Position numbers and translations under genes: made by a program
Shown: piece after piece, positions 34,526 through 47,220 of the stretch
Position numbering within the stretch: the first letter of the stretch is position 1
Layout of the letters: the number at the start of each line of letters is the position of its first letter
The notes under the pieces: model-generated
What the model was told of the DNA's origin: nothing
The model's database searches: none
The model's input: only the letters and a program-made list of their open reading frames with translations
DNA from: Mobula hypostoma
Taxonomy: Eukaryota
Length of the DNA stretch: 64,000 nt
Direction: 5' to 3'
Assembly: GCF_963921235.1 (NCBI RefSeq)
Contig: NC_086108.1
Location: forward strand, 44,826,001-44,890,000

Positions 34526-34792
34526 TTAATTTTCATAATTTTGTGGTCGAAATCCACCGATGCATTAGTCTGTGACATTGTTGTAGAATCAGCATGTGGA
34601 GCGTCTAATATCACTTGATGTCCTGCATAGCCACCAACTTTATACCAAGGGTTCTCCTCAATCGCTTAAGAAGGACAGACCAGACAAAATCCACACTGCT
34701 TCACCTGAGCTATATATATAACAATTTACTGGGATAAAACTCAGTGATGAAACATCTTTAAAGTGCTAAATATTCATTACATCACAGCCCCC

Positions 34793-35260
34793 CTCATGTG
34801 CTGGGGCAGCAGGCTGAGGGTAGCAGACACCAACAGAATCAACAAACTCATTTGTAAGGCCAGTGATGTTGTGGGGATGGAACTGGACTCTCTCATGGTG
34901 GTATCTGAAAAGAGGATGCTGTCTAAGTTGCATGTCATCTTTGTCAATGTCTCCCATCCACTACATAATGTACTGGGTGGGCACAGGAGTACATTCAGCC
35001 AGAGACTCATTCCACCGAGATGCAACGCAGAGCGTCATAGGAAGTCATTCCTGTCTGTGGCCATCAAACTTTACAACTCCTCCCTTGGAGGGTCAGACAC
35101 CCTGAGCCAATAGGCTGGTCCTGGACTTATTTCATAATTTACTGGCATAATTTACATATTACTATTTAACTATTTATGGTTCTATTACTATTTATTATTT
35201 ATGGTGCAACTGTAACGAAAACCAATTTCCCCCGGGATTAATAAAGTATGACTATGACTA
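34793..35260 (+). mobile_element. Rex1/Babar LINE 3' end
   Basis: CWGSRLRVADTNRINKLI...SHPLH...RHRKSF..AIKLYN; AATAAAG(TATGAC)n tail. Confidence 0.85.
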
Positions 35261-35781
35261 ACTGCCCCCACTGGGAATCACTGCCGTAGCTCATCAGCTT
35301 TGTAGTAAATCCAAGCTTGCTGCCATGGATCAGTAATGTTTCCTAATTCCAATGTGATACTTTGGTAACATGCTACTTGCCCAGCAATGACTTTCATAAT
35401 TTATTTTTATTAATAATTGCCTTTTATGACTTGTTATGATTTAGTTAATAATCTATAATTTCGTGTTCCCATTTAAAATGGGGGGGGGGAAGATAAAGTA
35501 TACCAATAAATCAATTACTTTTCTACCTTCCTGTGCAGTCATACTCAGTTATTTCACCTTTTTTAAAAACAAATTCTTGTTTGTGTTCTGGTGCTGGTGA
35601 TTTTTACTGACTCAATACATTTTTTCTGTCTAAAATACAAACACAGTATCCAATTCCCTCGCTCACCATAATCCCAAGAATTTGTGGAATTCTCCAATCT
35701 TTGAGGGTTTTCATTGAGTAATTGTGGAACCACTTTTCCTTTTGTTCCATTGGCCTGGTTTAAAATTAGTGAGAAAGAGTA

Positions 35782-35917
35782 ACACACATAAAATGCTGGG
35801 AGAACTCAGCAAGTCAGGCAGCATCTATGGTTGGGAATAATGAGACCCTTCATCAGTATGCTCCAGCATTTTGTGTGTATTGCTCAAGATTTTCAACATC
35901 TGCAGAATCTCTTGTGT
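35782..35917. mobile_element. Fold-back Penelope pLTR insertion (older)
   Basis: Inverted pLTR pieces; degenerate 15-bp TSD TAGTGAGAAAGAGTA / TAATGAAAAAGAGTA. Confidence 0.65.
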
Positions 35918-36351
35918 TAATGAAAAAGAGTAGGTGTTTTCTATAATTTGCAAAATATGATGCAAAATTTAGGAGCTTTAAATGATACCTTTTTAAATAA
36001 ACCCATTTTACTTTGGTTTATCATGTTCACCCTCCCTATCATAGGTGCGCTTTACATACCTAGATTACATTTCTCTCTGCCAGTATCCCAACCTGATCTT
36101 GTTATTCAGTCAGTTTCAGTACCGTTTCTGAGTTCACCTTTGTCTGCTATATTTTCAGTTTGAAAAAGCAGTGTCTTTTGGATGTATTTTCAAAGTATTT
36201 ATTGAACCTAAGTTTGAAATAATTAACTCATCCTTAAATTATAAAGACACTATGCATTTGTGAACTTGTCAATTCATTTTTATTTTATAAATTTCAATTA
36301 CATCATGTCTCTGCATCCTAAACAAAAAGTTTCTTTTTAATTTTTTTTTAG

Positions 36352-36900
36352 ATTTGTTCTCTGATATCTTGGTGTGCAGAAAGACTCTTCAAACTAAACA
36401 GTCGGTGTAACACGGATTATTTAATTAGTCTACAAAGATATATGCTGATTTATTTGACTATGGTAGACATCTAAACCAATTAAATCAGGTTTTGGGATTT
36501 TTTTTCTTTGTGGCTAATGTTTTTCCTGTTCTATTTTTCCACTGTCTAATGAAAGGTACACATTACAAATTGTAAATACTGTTTCTCATAGGTTGCTAAT
36601 TGAGCTTGGGGAAAGATATTGTTTGTAATCTTTAATGTATAGATAATTAAATTACAATTTTTTGAACAGCTATACTTTATTTAAAATATGCCAATTGTAA
36701 AATGTACATAAGTTAGTTTTATTTCATAGTTTTATGTAGAACTTGACAAAAAGGTGAAATCCATTGAATGTATAAACACATGTCATATGGAATTGTTACA
36801 GCCATTATAATGAGAATCACTGTATGCAAATGAAGAATTGCCAATTTTTGGGTGAAAGATTTGCTGTGTCTTTAGTGTATCTTTCTTACTTCCAGGAATG
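36352..36900 (+). other. Candidate YIPF1 terminal 3'UTR exon
   Basis: Long T tract plus AG ending 36351, followed by non-repetitive AT-rich UTR-like sequence with TGTA motifs and ATTAAA near 36646. End coordinate approximate; needs transcript support. Confidence 0.3.
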
Positions 36901-36916
36901 GAAACAAAAAGTAGTC

Positions 36917-38490
36917 ATCGAACCATGAAATATAGGAACAAAGCCTTTTGACCCATCAAGTTTGCTCTGATTGTGGCTGATTTATTATCTTTCTCAACCA
37001 CATTCTCCTGCCTTCTCCCAGTAATCTCTGATGCTCTTACAAATCTTATCAATCTCTGCTTTAAATATACCAATGACTTGACCCCCTCTACATCTGTTTG
37101 CGACAATAAATTCCACAAATGGCTAAAGAAATTCCTCCTCATCTCTGTTCTAAATGGATGTCCTTGTATTTGGAGGCTCCCTAACATCTTGCTTTTATAT
37201 TCTAGTCCTCTTGAATTAATGCTAATATTGCATTTGCTTAACTTACTACTAAATCTACTTGCAAAGTTTACCTTTAGGGAATATTGCATAAAGGCCCCCC
37301 AAGTATCTTTGCACTTCTGATTTCTGAATTTACCCTCCATTTAGAAAACAATTCTATGCCTTTATTCCTCTACCAACGTGCATAGCCATATACTTTCCTA
37401 CACTGTATTTCATCTGCCACTTCTTTGCTCATTTTCCTAATTTGTCTTAGGTCCTCCTACAGACTCCCTGCTTCCTCAACATTACCTGTCCCTTCACTTA
37501 TCCTTAGATCATCCACAAACATGTCCATAAAGCCATTAATTTGGTCATCCAAATCACTGACATTGACATGAAAGTAAATGGCCCCAACATCAACCCCTGC
37601 AGAACATCACTAGTCATGGGCAATCAACCAGAAAGGGCCTTCCTTTATTCTCAATCTTTGCTTCCTGCCAGTCAGCCAGTCTCTTATCTATGCTAATATC
37701 TTTCATGTAATATCATGGGCTCTTGTTTAACAGCCTCATGAGTGGCACCTTGTCAAAGGCCTTGTGAAAATCCAAGTAAACAACATCCACTGACTCTCCT
37801 CCGCTTATCCTCCCTGTTATTTCCTCAAAGGGTTCCAACAGATTTTTCAGGCAACATTTCCTCTTAAGGAAACCATGCTTGCTTCAGCCTATTTTATCAT
37901 GTCCCTCCAAGTACCCTGGAAGCTCATCCTTAATCACGTACTCTAGCATCTTACCATCCACTGAAGTCAGAATATAATTTTCTTTTTTCTGCCCCCTTCT
38001 TAAAGAGTGAGCAACATTTCCAATTTTCTAGTCCTCTGGAACAATTGCAGATTTAGTTATTCTTGAAGGATCATTACTAATGCCTCCAGCTACCTGTTTC
38101 AGAACCCTGAGGTGTAGTCCATCTAGTCCACGTGACTTATCTACCTTCATACCATTCAGATCCTAAACACCTTCTCCTTAATAATGGCAGCTGCACTCAC
38201 TTCTCCCCCCCCCCCCACCATATACATATACATATCTTTTAATGCTGTTTTTGACCTCATGCTCCCTTCAGAATATTTCTTTGGGATTAATCTTATCATG
38301 CACCTTTCGAATTGCTCCCAGAAACTCCAGCATTGCTATTCTGCTGTCGTCCTGGTAGTGACCCTTCCAATCAACCATGGCCAGTTCCTCCTCTCGTATG
38401 CCGCTGGAGTTCGTGTACTCCACTATAATACTGATACATCTGATTTGAGTTTCTCTCTCTCAAACTGCTAGGTGAATTGTCACTGCCTCC
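36917..38490 (-). mobile_element. Degenerate CR1 LINE
   Basis: Similar to the CR1 at 21546-25855 with many deletions. Confidence 0.85.
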
Positions 38491-38527
38491 CTCCTAACAT
38501 GCAAGGTAGGAGAAGTCATCTACAAAA

Positions 38528-38786
38528 TACACTCAGTGGCCACTTTATTAGGTGCATCTATACACCTGCTGATTAATGCAAATTATCTAATCAGTCAATC
38601 ACTTGGCAGCAATTTAATGCAGAAAAGCATGCAGACATGATCAAGAAGTTCAGTTGTTAAGACCAAACTTCAGAACGGTGAAGAAGCGTGACTTAAGTAA
38701 CTGACCGTAGAATAATTGTTGGTGTCATGCAGGGTGGTTTGAATATCTCAAAAACTGCTTATCTCCTAGGATTTTCACATACAAGG
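38528..38786 (+). mobile_element. Tc1-like non-autonomous element fragment
   Basis: TACACTCAGTGGCCACTTTATTAGG terminus; same family as 7279-9730. Confidence 0.7.
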
Positions 38787-38794
38787 CTCTAGAG

Positions 38795-40970
38795 CAGTGG
38801 TTTCCATCTCAATTTTTTTTTTGGGGGGTCCTGGCCCCTTGGCTCCCAGACCACATCCCCAGCAAACCCTCTCCCTTTCAGGCCATTACATAATAAGTAT
38901 AAAGAATTTTGATTCCTGATGCACAATGAAAGAAAAAGAATTGCAAATTCAAAGCAGTGACAAATAATTGCAAATATGGTACAAATAAAATTAACAGAAT
39001 AAAATAAAATTACAGTCAAAAATTTCATCAATAATTTTAGATCATACATTGGTAGTCCAAATATTCACTACTAAATTGCTTTTTCATCTTTCTATGAGAT
39101 GGATGTGTTTGGTGCAGTGATGTGAGCTTCTCAATATCGATCTGACTGTCACTCAGGAGTTTCACATCCTGAAGTTCAGTAATTTGCAGTCTGTTTCATT
39201 CCTTTGAAAGAAGTTGGGCAACTGTTGGAAAGGCAATTAAAAACATCTTGACCTTTTTCCATAGTGCTAAGATAATGTTCAGAGATTTCTTTCTGCAACC
39301 AAAAGTCTTGATATGAGTTTCTGAACTGTGGCTTCAGTTTAAAATCATTTTGTGGCGAAATCAGTTTTTTCTCCATCCTTTCTGTTAATTCCTCATTCAA
39401 AGTGTTGAGGAATGGATTTATTACCCAATCTGGAATTTAGAGCGAGAGAAGATCCTGAAATCTCTCTTATATTTCTCTATGCAGCTCATCAATTTGACGC
39501 AGTATACTTGAAGATCATCATAGGAGTGGAAATTGGAAAAGTCATGACAGCCGATGTTGCACTTAAATAGGGTTAACTTGGACAGAAATGTGGAAACAAC
39601 TGATTTGACTTTGATAAGATTCACACAATTTCCTTGCAATTGAAGTATTACTACATTAAATTTTGCAAATAATTCTGACAAATAAGCAAAGTCATGCCTA
39701 ATATTCTAGAGTTGATTACTGAATGAAGAGTTCAAGTCTTCAAAGAATTTAGTCACTGTTTCAAACATCTCAGGCAGTTTCCTTTACAGAGCCACCTCAC
39801 TTTTGTTGTGCAACAGCAAGCATTCAAACTGTCCATCGTTCTCAATGCAAAGCTCTTGAGATAGTTGAGAGCATAGGACTTGATTTTATTTACTGATGTG
39901 ATAACAGTATTTAATGATTTGTGCAGCCAATCACTTGGGTTTTTTTTGTCAAGTTGTTGTCTGTGAATTACACAGTGAATGGTAAATATATTAGCTACAG
40001 CTTTTTTCAAGAAAGTGATAACTCCACAGTGGCATCCTATCGTTGGTGGTGCCCCACCTGTTGGACAAGCAAGAATGTTGGTGAGCAGAATGTCCTCTTT
40101 GAAAAATTACCCATCAACCTGAAATATTGACTCCCTTTTTGTACCTATTACTAGTCCCCTTGTAAATAACTTCTCCTGAACTATGCGTTCATCTTTTATG
40201 AAGTAAACATAAAAAAGAAGCAAAGTTATTTTGCTTGGTGAAGTTGACACATCTAACTGTAGAGCAAGTTCTGTTGTCCACAAGTATGTTGCACAATGGG
40301 TCTTCCACATGCTCAGACATCACATTTATTCATCTTCCAACAGAGTTGTCGCTGAGTAGAATTACTTTAGTTATTTGGTTTGATGACCTATGCAAAACTG
40401 TACTCAGAGGCTTCCATACTGCTGGCAGAAGCAGTTCTACAATTGTATAAGGCTTTTCAGATTTAGCAACGAGCAATGAAATGCATAAAGCACACAAACC
40501 ATCAGTTTTGTTGTGAGGTGCTGACAATCATTTTACAGTGTTTTCCATTTTTAAAAGTTTTCACAAAGTGACTGAACATCAGCCAAGCATAAACAAAAGA
40601 AAATCCACAGATGCTGCATTGTGTGTGTTGAACATAATCTGAGTTCCTGTTCACTTTATCAGATTGTATTCTCTTCAAATGTTCATGGAGCCTGGACGGT
40701 TTCATTGCCTCATTTGGAAAAAAAATACACAACAGACACCTTGACTGCTTTTGGTTACTTGGTGTTGGTATAAATCCATCTTTCAGCCCATATTGTCTAC
40801 ACTTTTTTGTTTGGTCTGCTTCTGCCATTTTTGTTATGGATCAACAACCACAGATCAATTGCCTATTATTTGTCCAACCTCAAGTGCTGTGATCAATAAA
40901 AAGGAAAGTTACCATGTCATCATTGCTCAGGCAAAATGCAGGATAAAATCCATAATCATTTGTCTTGCTC
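38795..40970 (-). mobile_element. hAT-Charlie/Buster transposon with pseudogenised transposase
   Basis: BED-finger N-terminus (KKCRQY..GF...CLLC...NEAMKPSRL.EHL), ALQLD.ST, IHCVIHRQ.L, VRWL.KGNCLR in broken frames; CAGTGGTTTCC terminus after CTCTAGAG target. Confidence 0.85.
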
Positions 40971-41814
40971 TAGACTGATCTATCATTTTTCCAAATCCCT
41001 TCTATAGACTGTAACCTACAGTTTAATCACTTGGATTAAAATTCTGCAAAGGATTAGGAAGATCCAGAAAAGCAATCAAAGCTGTCAGAATATTCATCTT
41101 CACATCTTCAGAATTATCTCTGACCTCCAGACATAACTCTCTGCTTCCCCAAATCAGCTCATTCCTGACCCCAGTTGCAGATGACCAATTATGTTCCTGG
41201 TGGTTTGAGGGACCTTTTTGTGAATACAAAACTAGATACTGAAAATCTGAAGTCAAGATCTTAATTGCTGGAAATACTCATAATGTTTCAGGTCTAAAGC
41301 TCTTATCAGAACTGTAAAAAAGGAAAAAAAGAAGTTGTATTAACTTGCAGAAGGTGGTTGGGGGATGGACCGGAAAAAGGGAATATATCGTGTAAGGTAA
41401 AGCCAGGATAATCATGGGGATATGTTGTAATGTGGTCATCCAATTACAGTTAATGGAATACCTTCATCAGAAAGATTCATTTTTTTTAATCTATCCATAC
41501 CCTCTCCACAATTTAAAAAAAACTTGTTTTCTCTTTCTTCCCAGTTCTGATGAAGAAACTTCCATCGTAAATATTAATATTTCCAATGGAAGTCTCTTCA
41601 ACAGGACTGAAAAAAATTAACAGCTTTTTGTGCAACTGCTGTTCGCAGTATTTTCTGGTCTTATTACTGTAAGTACCTATATGTATGCCAGCATACAGCA
41701 AATATGGTCATCAGCAACCACTATTGAAGGAAAGATTTAAAATTGTTTTGTTGGCAAGCCAGTAAACAGAAGCATATGGATAGTTTAAAAATGCTTTCTC
41801 TCAACCTATTTTCT

Positions 41815-42720
41815 TTACCTTTTCAGGATCTGGGCATGCAAAGTCAACAGTTATATCCTATCTTCAAATGCCTAGGTAGTAGTGAGCTTCCTTGGGAGCC
41901 TCTACACTCCTGCCTTGTTCTTTCTTGGTAATAGGGGTGGGCAGGTTTTCTGAAGTTCTCAGCATAGCCAGAGCAAGTAACTGTAGTGCATTTTGAAGTT
42001 GGTAGTCAAAGCAGCCACCATTGAGTAGCAGTGGAAGGAAGGAATATTTAGAACGATTAATAAGGTACCAGTTAAATGGGCTACTTTCATCTTGTATGGC
42101 GTTGAGATTCCTAAGATACACTGGTGTTGCATTCATCCAGACAGGCAGAGTGGCTGACCTCAACATCAGGGCAATATCTGACAGGTGCAGCATCAAGGCA
42201 TCTTGGTAAAAATGGACACAGTGAAGGAGTGGTATCTGCTGGAGGCACTGGACCTAAACTCAAAACTAGCTGCATCTCTGTGGAGTCAGTGAACAAAGAG
42301 TAAACTTTCCAGTGGTTATAGTCATACTTACTCAAAGGAAGAAGGCTGTGGTTAGTAGAAGTCATACATCTTGGCTCCAGATATCAAGTGCCCGTGGAAG
42401 TATCCTAGGCAAAGCCACTTTCAAGTAAAAGGTATTCCATCACACTCTGACTTGTTCCTTGTATGTGACTGGAAAAGCCTTAGGTTATCAGGAACAGAGT
42501 CACTCACTTCAGGATACCCACACTCTTGACTCTTGTGAACAACAGTATATATGAGGCTGGTCCAGCGGAGTTTCCAGTCAATAATGATCCCCAGGTAATA
42601 AATGGGATATGGCAGTGACAATTTCTTTGATTGTCAAGGATAGGTAGTTAGACTATTGGAAATGGTTATTGCCTGGCATTTTTCTGGGACAAATGTTATT
42701 TGCGACTCATCAACATGTAT
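41815..42720 (-). mobile_element. Old CR1/L2-type LINE remnant
   Basis: YLGIIIDWKLRWTSLI and WMNATPVYLRNLNAIQ RT C-terminal remnants. Confidence 0.6.
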
Positions 42721-42723
42721 CTG

Positions 42724-43647
42724 CACTGGACAACAATCTTTTTCAATAGTGTTGCTTCCCCGGGATTTTTTGTTTGTTTATGATAAACCACTTGAAGGTG
42801 AACACATGTTCAGACTACTTGTATCACATAGGAATTTGGAGAAACAAGAATTTTTTTTATTGAATATAATGTTTTCAATTGCACAATGGTGCTGACACTT
42901 TGCAATAGTTCAACCAAACTAGAAATGTTTTATTGATGATTTTCATTTGTGCTCAGTGCCTAAGGCTTCTCACTTAAGTGTCCAACAATAATCAGCCAGC
43001 ATTGATGGATTCTAGTTGCCCTGATACCATTTCTCCATGACCACAATGTCCTGACGAAACCTTTCATCATGCTCGTCACTGACAGCACTAAGATTTGCGA
43101 AGAAGTCTTCGAAATGGGAATTCAGAAAATGAATCTTTAGTGACATGTAGCACTTCATGGTTTTGTAAGCTTGAAGTAGGTTGTCAACCAGCTGCATGTA
43201 GTTTGATGCTCTGTACTTGCCAACAAAATTTTCAACATCTTTGAATGCTTTCCATGTGATTTTTCTGGTCCCACTAGAAGCTCTTTGAATTACCTGTCAT
43301 TGATAACCTGTTTGATTTGCAGACCAACACAAATGTCTTCATTAATCTTGGCATCAGTTATTCTGGGAAATATCTGCGTCAAATATCAAAATCCTTCAAG
43401 GAAATTCATAACCTTTCTAAAACCTACCCTGTCTAAGCATGCCTGGACAAGATAGAAAACATTTCAGCTTACATTGTGGGGAACATTTTAATTGACTTGA
43501 ATTATGAATTGGAATAACAAAAATAGGCTATTTTAAAAATATTGTGCATGATAGGGAAATTTCATGGTGATTTTCATGAGCAGCAGCCCCAAATCCATAA
43601 GATACCACCCAAAAGTATTTAGGAAGCAAAAGTGTTGTTATCCAGTG
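42724..43647 (-). mobile_element. Chapaev3-type (CMC) DNA transposon, internally deleted
   Basis: TIRs CACTGGACAACAA / TTGTTATCCAGTG; MKCYMSLKIHFLNSHFEDF..NLSAVSDEHDERFRQDI..MEKWYQG transposase motif. Confidence 0.78.
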
Positions 43648-44689
43648 TATTCTGGTGTATCGATGAAATGAAGATAATTGATGAAGTTATGGTAAATGTA
43701 TTTGTGAAGGACATTTGGGACAATTTTCCATATAATCAGGTGGACACCAATGTTGTAAATGTACTGGAGATGTAGCTTGTTCTGAAATACAGGACCAGTG
43801 CTACAACCACGATATTACCAGATCCAACCCCTTCACTGTACACAGCCACTTCTTGATATCACATGGAATGCATCAAAGAAAAGAGATTTTAAACCACTTT
43901 GCGAGTAAACTCATAAAAGTGACTGGATCAGCTGGCAGTTTGTTAAAAATAGCTTGAACTGAAGTGGTTACTTAACCCAATAATTGTTAATTGCCATGCA
44001 AATAAGCTATAGAGAAAATGAGAAAGAGTGGTGAATGGAAATGTGCCAGGAAGTGGTATAGACTTGAGGGGTTGAATAGCCTCCAGTGGTACTAAGATAG
44101 TCACCAGATATTTAAGTACTCCTGAAGTTCCAGTTTTTAAAGTAGGAAACATACCAACTCATTTGCAAACTGCAAGGTTCTACTACTATGAAAGCTATTA
44201 CTTATTTTAATGTTATTACCTTATGTCTTAAAGTATTTGAAGACTGCTTGTCTTTTTGAATAAAACTGTTAGACATTTTATACATATACACCTGAGAAGT
44301 GTGATAGGATGCCAGAAAGGCAGCTTGTTAATATATAAACTAATTTTCTGTAATTGAGTTGCAGTTGGCTTTTGTTTCCAATTTGGCTCGGATCAAGTCT
44401 TGTATCTCTACTCTCCTTGAAAATGGAACCTAATCCAAGTTTCTGTTGAATGTTTCAGTAGATTTCAGACTCATTGCCTTTGGTGAGCAATTCTGGGGGA
44501 AAAAAAACTCTGCTCTTTAGCAACAAACGTCAGTGGTAGTATATAGTGCAGGTGGGTCTACATAAACTCATATATACATACAGTATATATATTCCATTTT
44601 AAGTCTTTCCTATGTGTCATAAAGTAATTAAAGAAGAACTTGGCCTCAAACTAAGTAAGCAATTTTAGTAATGTCTTTGTGGTGTTAAT

Positions 44690-44930
44690 CCCACCAGAGT
44701 CAAAAGGTTAAGTATTCAACTCCGAGCTCCAGAAAACAACTTTTAAATTGGCACCGCAATGCAGTCCTTAATAGTTCAGCACCGTCAGGGGTACTCTTTG
44801 CAAATGAGAAATTGAACCATTTGCTATGTCAACTAGAAGCAGGATCCCATAGCATGTCTTTAAAGAGTAGGGGATTTTTCTTTGCCTTGGTTAATATCAC
44901 CATAAAATAATGATCTGATAATTATCAACT
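44690..44930 (+). mobile_element. Ancient Deu-domain SINE (SacSINE1/AmnSINE-like) remnant
   Basis: GAGTCAAAAGGTT..TTCAA head, GCAGTCCT...GCACCGTCAGGGG..CTTT...ATGAGA..TTGAAC, GATCCCATAGCA...AAGAGTAGGGGA resemble the Deu domain as recalled. Confidence 0.55.
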
Positions 44931-46396
44931 TTATTATCAACTAAGCAACTTGAAGCACATTTGCCTTTGCAGCTATCCAGTCATGATAAAGGGACCTTGA
45001 TCTGAAAGATTGACATTTACTTGACCTGCCGAGTAGCTTCAACATTTCCTGTTTCTGATTCTGGATTCCAGCATCTGCAGTTTTTTGCTCCAACTGCTAG
45101 TTACCATCAGGCTACTTGTAGTATGTAAGTCACTGTCTATAACCTGGTTCTAGTCATACAACAGTTACCCAACATTTGACCAATATCCAGTCAGCACTGT
45201 TGGAACATGATGCATGTTCACAATTGTTCAGGACAGTCTGGAAATATCAATAAGCCCCACACCCCTCCCCCTTCTGTATACTAACTAGCTTCACAACTTG
45301 AGAGATTACTCATTATTCAAACAAGGCTATATTGATTATTCATCCAGGATGCCTTACTCAGAGGCTTTTGAGTTTGGGTTTGGAATCACATTAAAGCAGA
45401 CTGCTGGATGGGGATTAAAGTTCTCCATGCCAAGTGATGAAAACGTTATTGAATTTTACAGTTTCCCACAGAAGAATGTAAGCAAGTGATTAGTATCACT
45501 CAACCCGACTCAGTAGTTTATGGTTATGAAATAAAGACTGCACTGAATGACACATCTTAGAAAAATTGAGCTGGAAATGAGAAATTCAGCTGTTATTGAT
45601 TTGCAGTTCCACGGAACACTGATTATGGTGTCACTATAACCTACTTTTACACTTGAGTATTCTATGTGTTGTAACTAATGCATCTTGATTAATGGCTGTA
45701 ATTTGAGCTGGGCATGTTAATGGCAAAGGAAAAGATGAGCTTAGTGTTATCTCAGTTGCAACTAAACAGGCTTCAGTACCTTTACTGCTCGATCTTCCAT
45801 GGACATCAACTGAACTCCAATCAATCAGGAGAAAAACAGGACAGATTCTGTCCACACAAACAAAGTGACTCACTCTACAGATTTTTTTTTAACGTCCTGG
45901 ACCAAACACGAACGGGAATAAGGTATGAAAATACTTAAAACTTTTTCACTTTTTTATACAATGATCATATTGCATGCAGAGCAGCAAGTTGCAAAACAGG
46001 ATTCTAGAAAATCAATTTGTCAAAATGTTACAGGTAAATAAAACATGAATGTAGATTTAAGAAGCATTTTACATATTTACCAATATCTGAATATTTTAAA
46101 ATCAGGAAATAATATGAATTTTGTAATTAGTAATTAACTATAGAACATGCCTTTGTATACTAGGACAGGGAAAAAGCATCCTTAATTTTAGTTGAGCATC
46201 TCCTGTTACAGTTAGGAAGTGCAGTTTTATGGATGGTGGGTACAAAGTGGATTTGTTTTGTTGACCTTGTAAAGATAGAACTAAAACGCAGAAAAGCTGG
46301 CAAGCCTGCATCCAACCTCCATCGAACCATAAACAAAGGAAAATATGCAGGTTCTGGAAATCCAAGAAATACACATTTAACACTCGCTTTGCCTAG

Positions 46397-47020
46397 TGAC
46401 ATGATTGCGGGGTGATAACCCCCTGCCTGGCCAAACCCTAGAACTCTCGTTTGGGTGGATGCTGTGCGATGTGTCCCCTGTTTCAAATCAGTACCCCGAA
46501 ATGACAAGCAGTACACAATATGCGATTAAACAATTAAGATTCTATAACTCTTATTTGGACTATGGGATTAATAGAGAACAAAATATAAAACAAAAGACGC
46601 CAAGAATTTATTTAATCAGTTTGTGCACAATTCGGCAATTCGTTGGAGCTCACGGTTTTCCTTTGCTGATCCTCCTTCGACCCCCGCAGGGTCCCGAGCC
46701 CTACCCACTAGGAGTCCGCTCTGTCAGCCAGCCTACAGCATCTCTTCATGCGCGTCTCCTCTCTTCATCTCCATCGCATCTTCTCCCCAAAGCCCGCGAA
46801 AACCAACAGCTTTCACACAAACAAGAAAGAATAACATTTCGCCCATTGGTTAGCAACTGAATTCCATAATCCCGTCATCTCTACCTATAACCCAAACATG
46901 CTGCTACAGAGAACCCATTACCTCAGCAGTTAACATTACAGAGAAGCCATTTTATTATAACACTACAGAGAAGTCATTTTATTAGCCTTAGCAGTTAACA
47001 TGAAAAGAGGAACCCTCACA
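46397..47020 (-). mobile_element. Probable solo LTR
   Basis: Minus strand starts TGTGAGGGTTCC, carries 3x TACAGAGAA(G/C)(C/T)CATT repeats, CpG-retaining body; TSD not confirmed. Confidence 0.5.
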
Positions 47021-47220
47021 CACACAAAATGCTGGAGTAACTCAGCAGGCCAAGCAGCATCTACAAAAAAAAGTACAGCCGACATTTCGGGCTGGGACCC
47101 TTTCTTTTTTCCTCCAGTCCAGCTGAAGGGTCTCAGCCTGAAATGTTGACTGTACTCTTTTCCATAGATGCTGCCTGGTCTGCTGAGTTCCTCCAGCATT
47201 TTGAGGGTGTTGTGTGTGTC
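47021..47220. mobile_element. Fold-back Penelope pLTR
   Basis: Inverted arms CAAAATGCTGGAG..ACTCAGCAG / CTGCTGAGTTCCTCCAGCATTTTG. Confidence 0.75.

Noticed and set aside
38795-40970. Domesticated ZBED/SCAND3-like gene
   Set aside because: Many stops and frameshifts plus a transposon terminus indicate a decayed hAT copy.
45298-46516. Short ORFs in unique sequence as further NDC1 or other exons
   Set aside because: No recognisable homology or convincing paired splice sites.
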